Assembly (NCBI GenBank): GCA_965367725.1
Contig: CBDUKE010000002.1
Span: forward strand, 7,091-71,090
Origin: an uncultured Maribacter sp.
Lineage (GTDB): Bacteria; Bacteroidota; Bacteroidia; Flavobacteriales; Flavobacteriaceae
Length of the DNA stretch: 64,000 nt
Reading direction: 5' to 3'
Positions 63,839 through 64,000 of this stretch are shown here, piece by piece. Below the pieces are notes generated by a model. It saw only the letters and a program-made list of their open reading frames with translations. It was not told the origin of the DNA and made no database searches. The stretch's first letter is position 1, and the number at the start of each line of letters is the position of its first letter. The position numbers and the translations under genes were made by a program.

Positions 63839-64000
63839 TTACATTTTTTTGCCTAGCCAGTTAAGAAATGAAGTATTAGAAATATTTTTCTTGATAATTT
63901 TTGATTTTTTTATCGTACTAACTTTAACTTTTACAGCAGTACCATCAGGTTTTAATAAGGTTTGGTATTCTTCTTCTTTAGGAATGGATATGTAGTTGGG
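63839..64000 (-). CDS. C-terminal end of an unidentified ORF upstream of module 2 (partial, not in the supplied track)
   Basis: Minus-strand frame open from the window edge: ...PNYISIPKEEEYQTLLKPDGTAVKVKVSTIKKSKIIKKNISNTSFLNWLGKKM, with stop TAA at 63841-63839. It ends 22 nt before the FeS subunit start. Too short to assign. Confidence 0.35.
   Translation of the reverse strand, partial: PNYISIPKEEEYQTLLKPDGTAVKVKVSTIKKSKIIKKNISNTSFLNWLGKKM

Overview
This is an AT-rich chromosomal segment that looks like Bacteroidota, probably Flavobacteriia. The clues are a PorP/SprF type IX secretion protein, many lipoprotein-type signal peptides, no obvious Shine-Dalgarno sequences, and hexuronate and glycoside genes. 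I recognise about 50 CDS. I found no rRNA, tRNA, CRISPR array, transposase, integrase or phage gene. All family calls come from motif recognition in the supplied translations, since no searches could be run.

Layout:
- 1-2.9 kb: Usp protein and a TetR/ABC1-kinase pair.
- 3-14.4 kb: carbohydrate block with LacI, secreted Gfo/Idh/MocA, DUF1080 and a TIM-barrel protein (3-keto-glycoside route), uxuB-like/uxuA/uxaC and GH3.
- 14.4-21.6 kb: mixed genes, including a PD40 protein, a PorP/SprF-SPOR fusion and an orphan LuxR-type response regulator with Glu at the phospho-acceptor position.
- 21.8-29.5 kb: class-V aminotransferase, plus an operon of a 1009-aa APH-kinase/M23/class-III-aminotransferase fusion with a LacZ-type GH2.
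- 29.7-64 kb: a sulfur and respiratory island. It encodes a Crp/Fnr regulator, a decayed MBL (persulfide dioxygenase-like) remnant, rhodanese, HMA, a cytochrome c/DUF3365 protein and an alpha-carbonic anhydrase. It also carries SorAB-like sulfite dehydrogenase, an SQR-TusE-DsrE operon, a FadL-like OMP and two DUF2202 lipoproteins. The rest comprises a TolC-MFP-RND operon with DUF2892, fused CcsBA, hemA, and two paralogous FeS(NrfC-like)-NrfD-unknown modules with no catalytic subunit.

Most interesting signals:
- A 16-bp palindrome, TGTAACA-N2-TGTTACA, has six perfect-core copies. All are intergenic and all lie upstream of island operons.
- A second palindrome family is paired with it at two of those operons.
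- The orphan FeS-NrfD-X modules are duplicated.
- A two-hairpin element occurs three times around the DUF2202 genes, with covarying stems and an invariant 14-nt linker.
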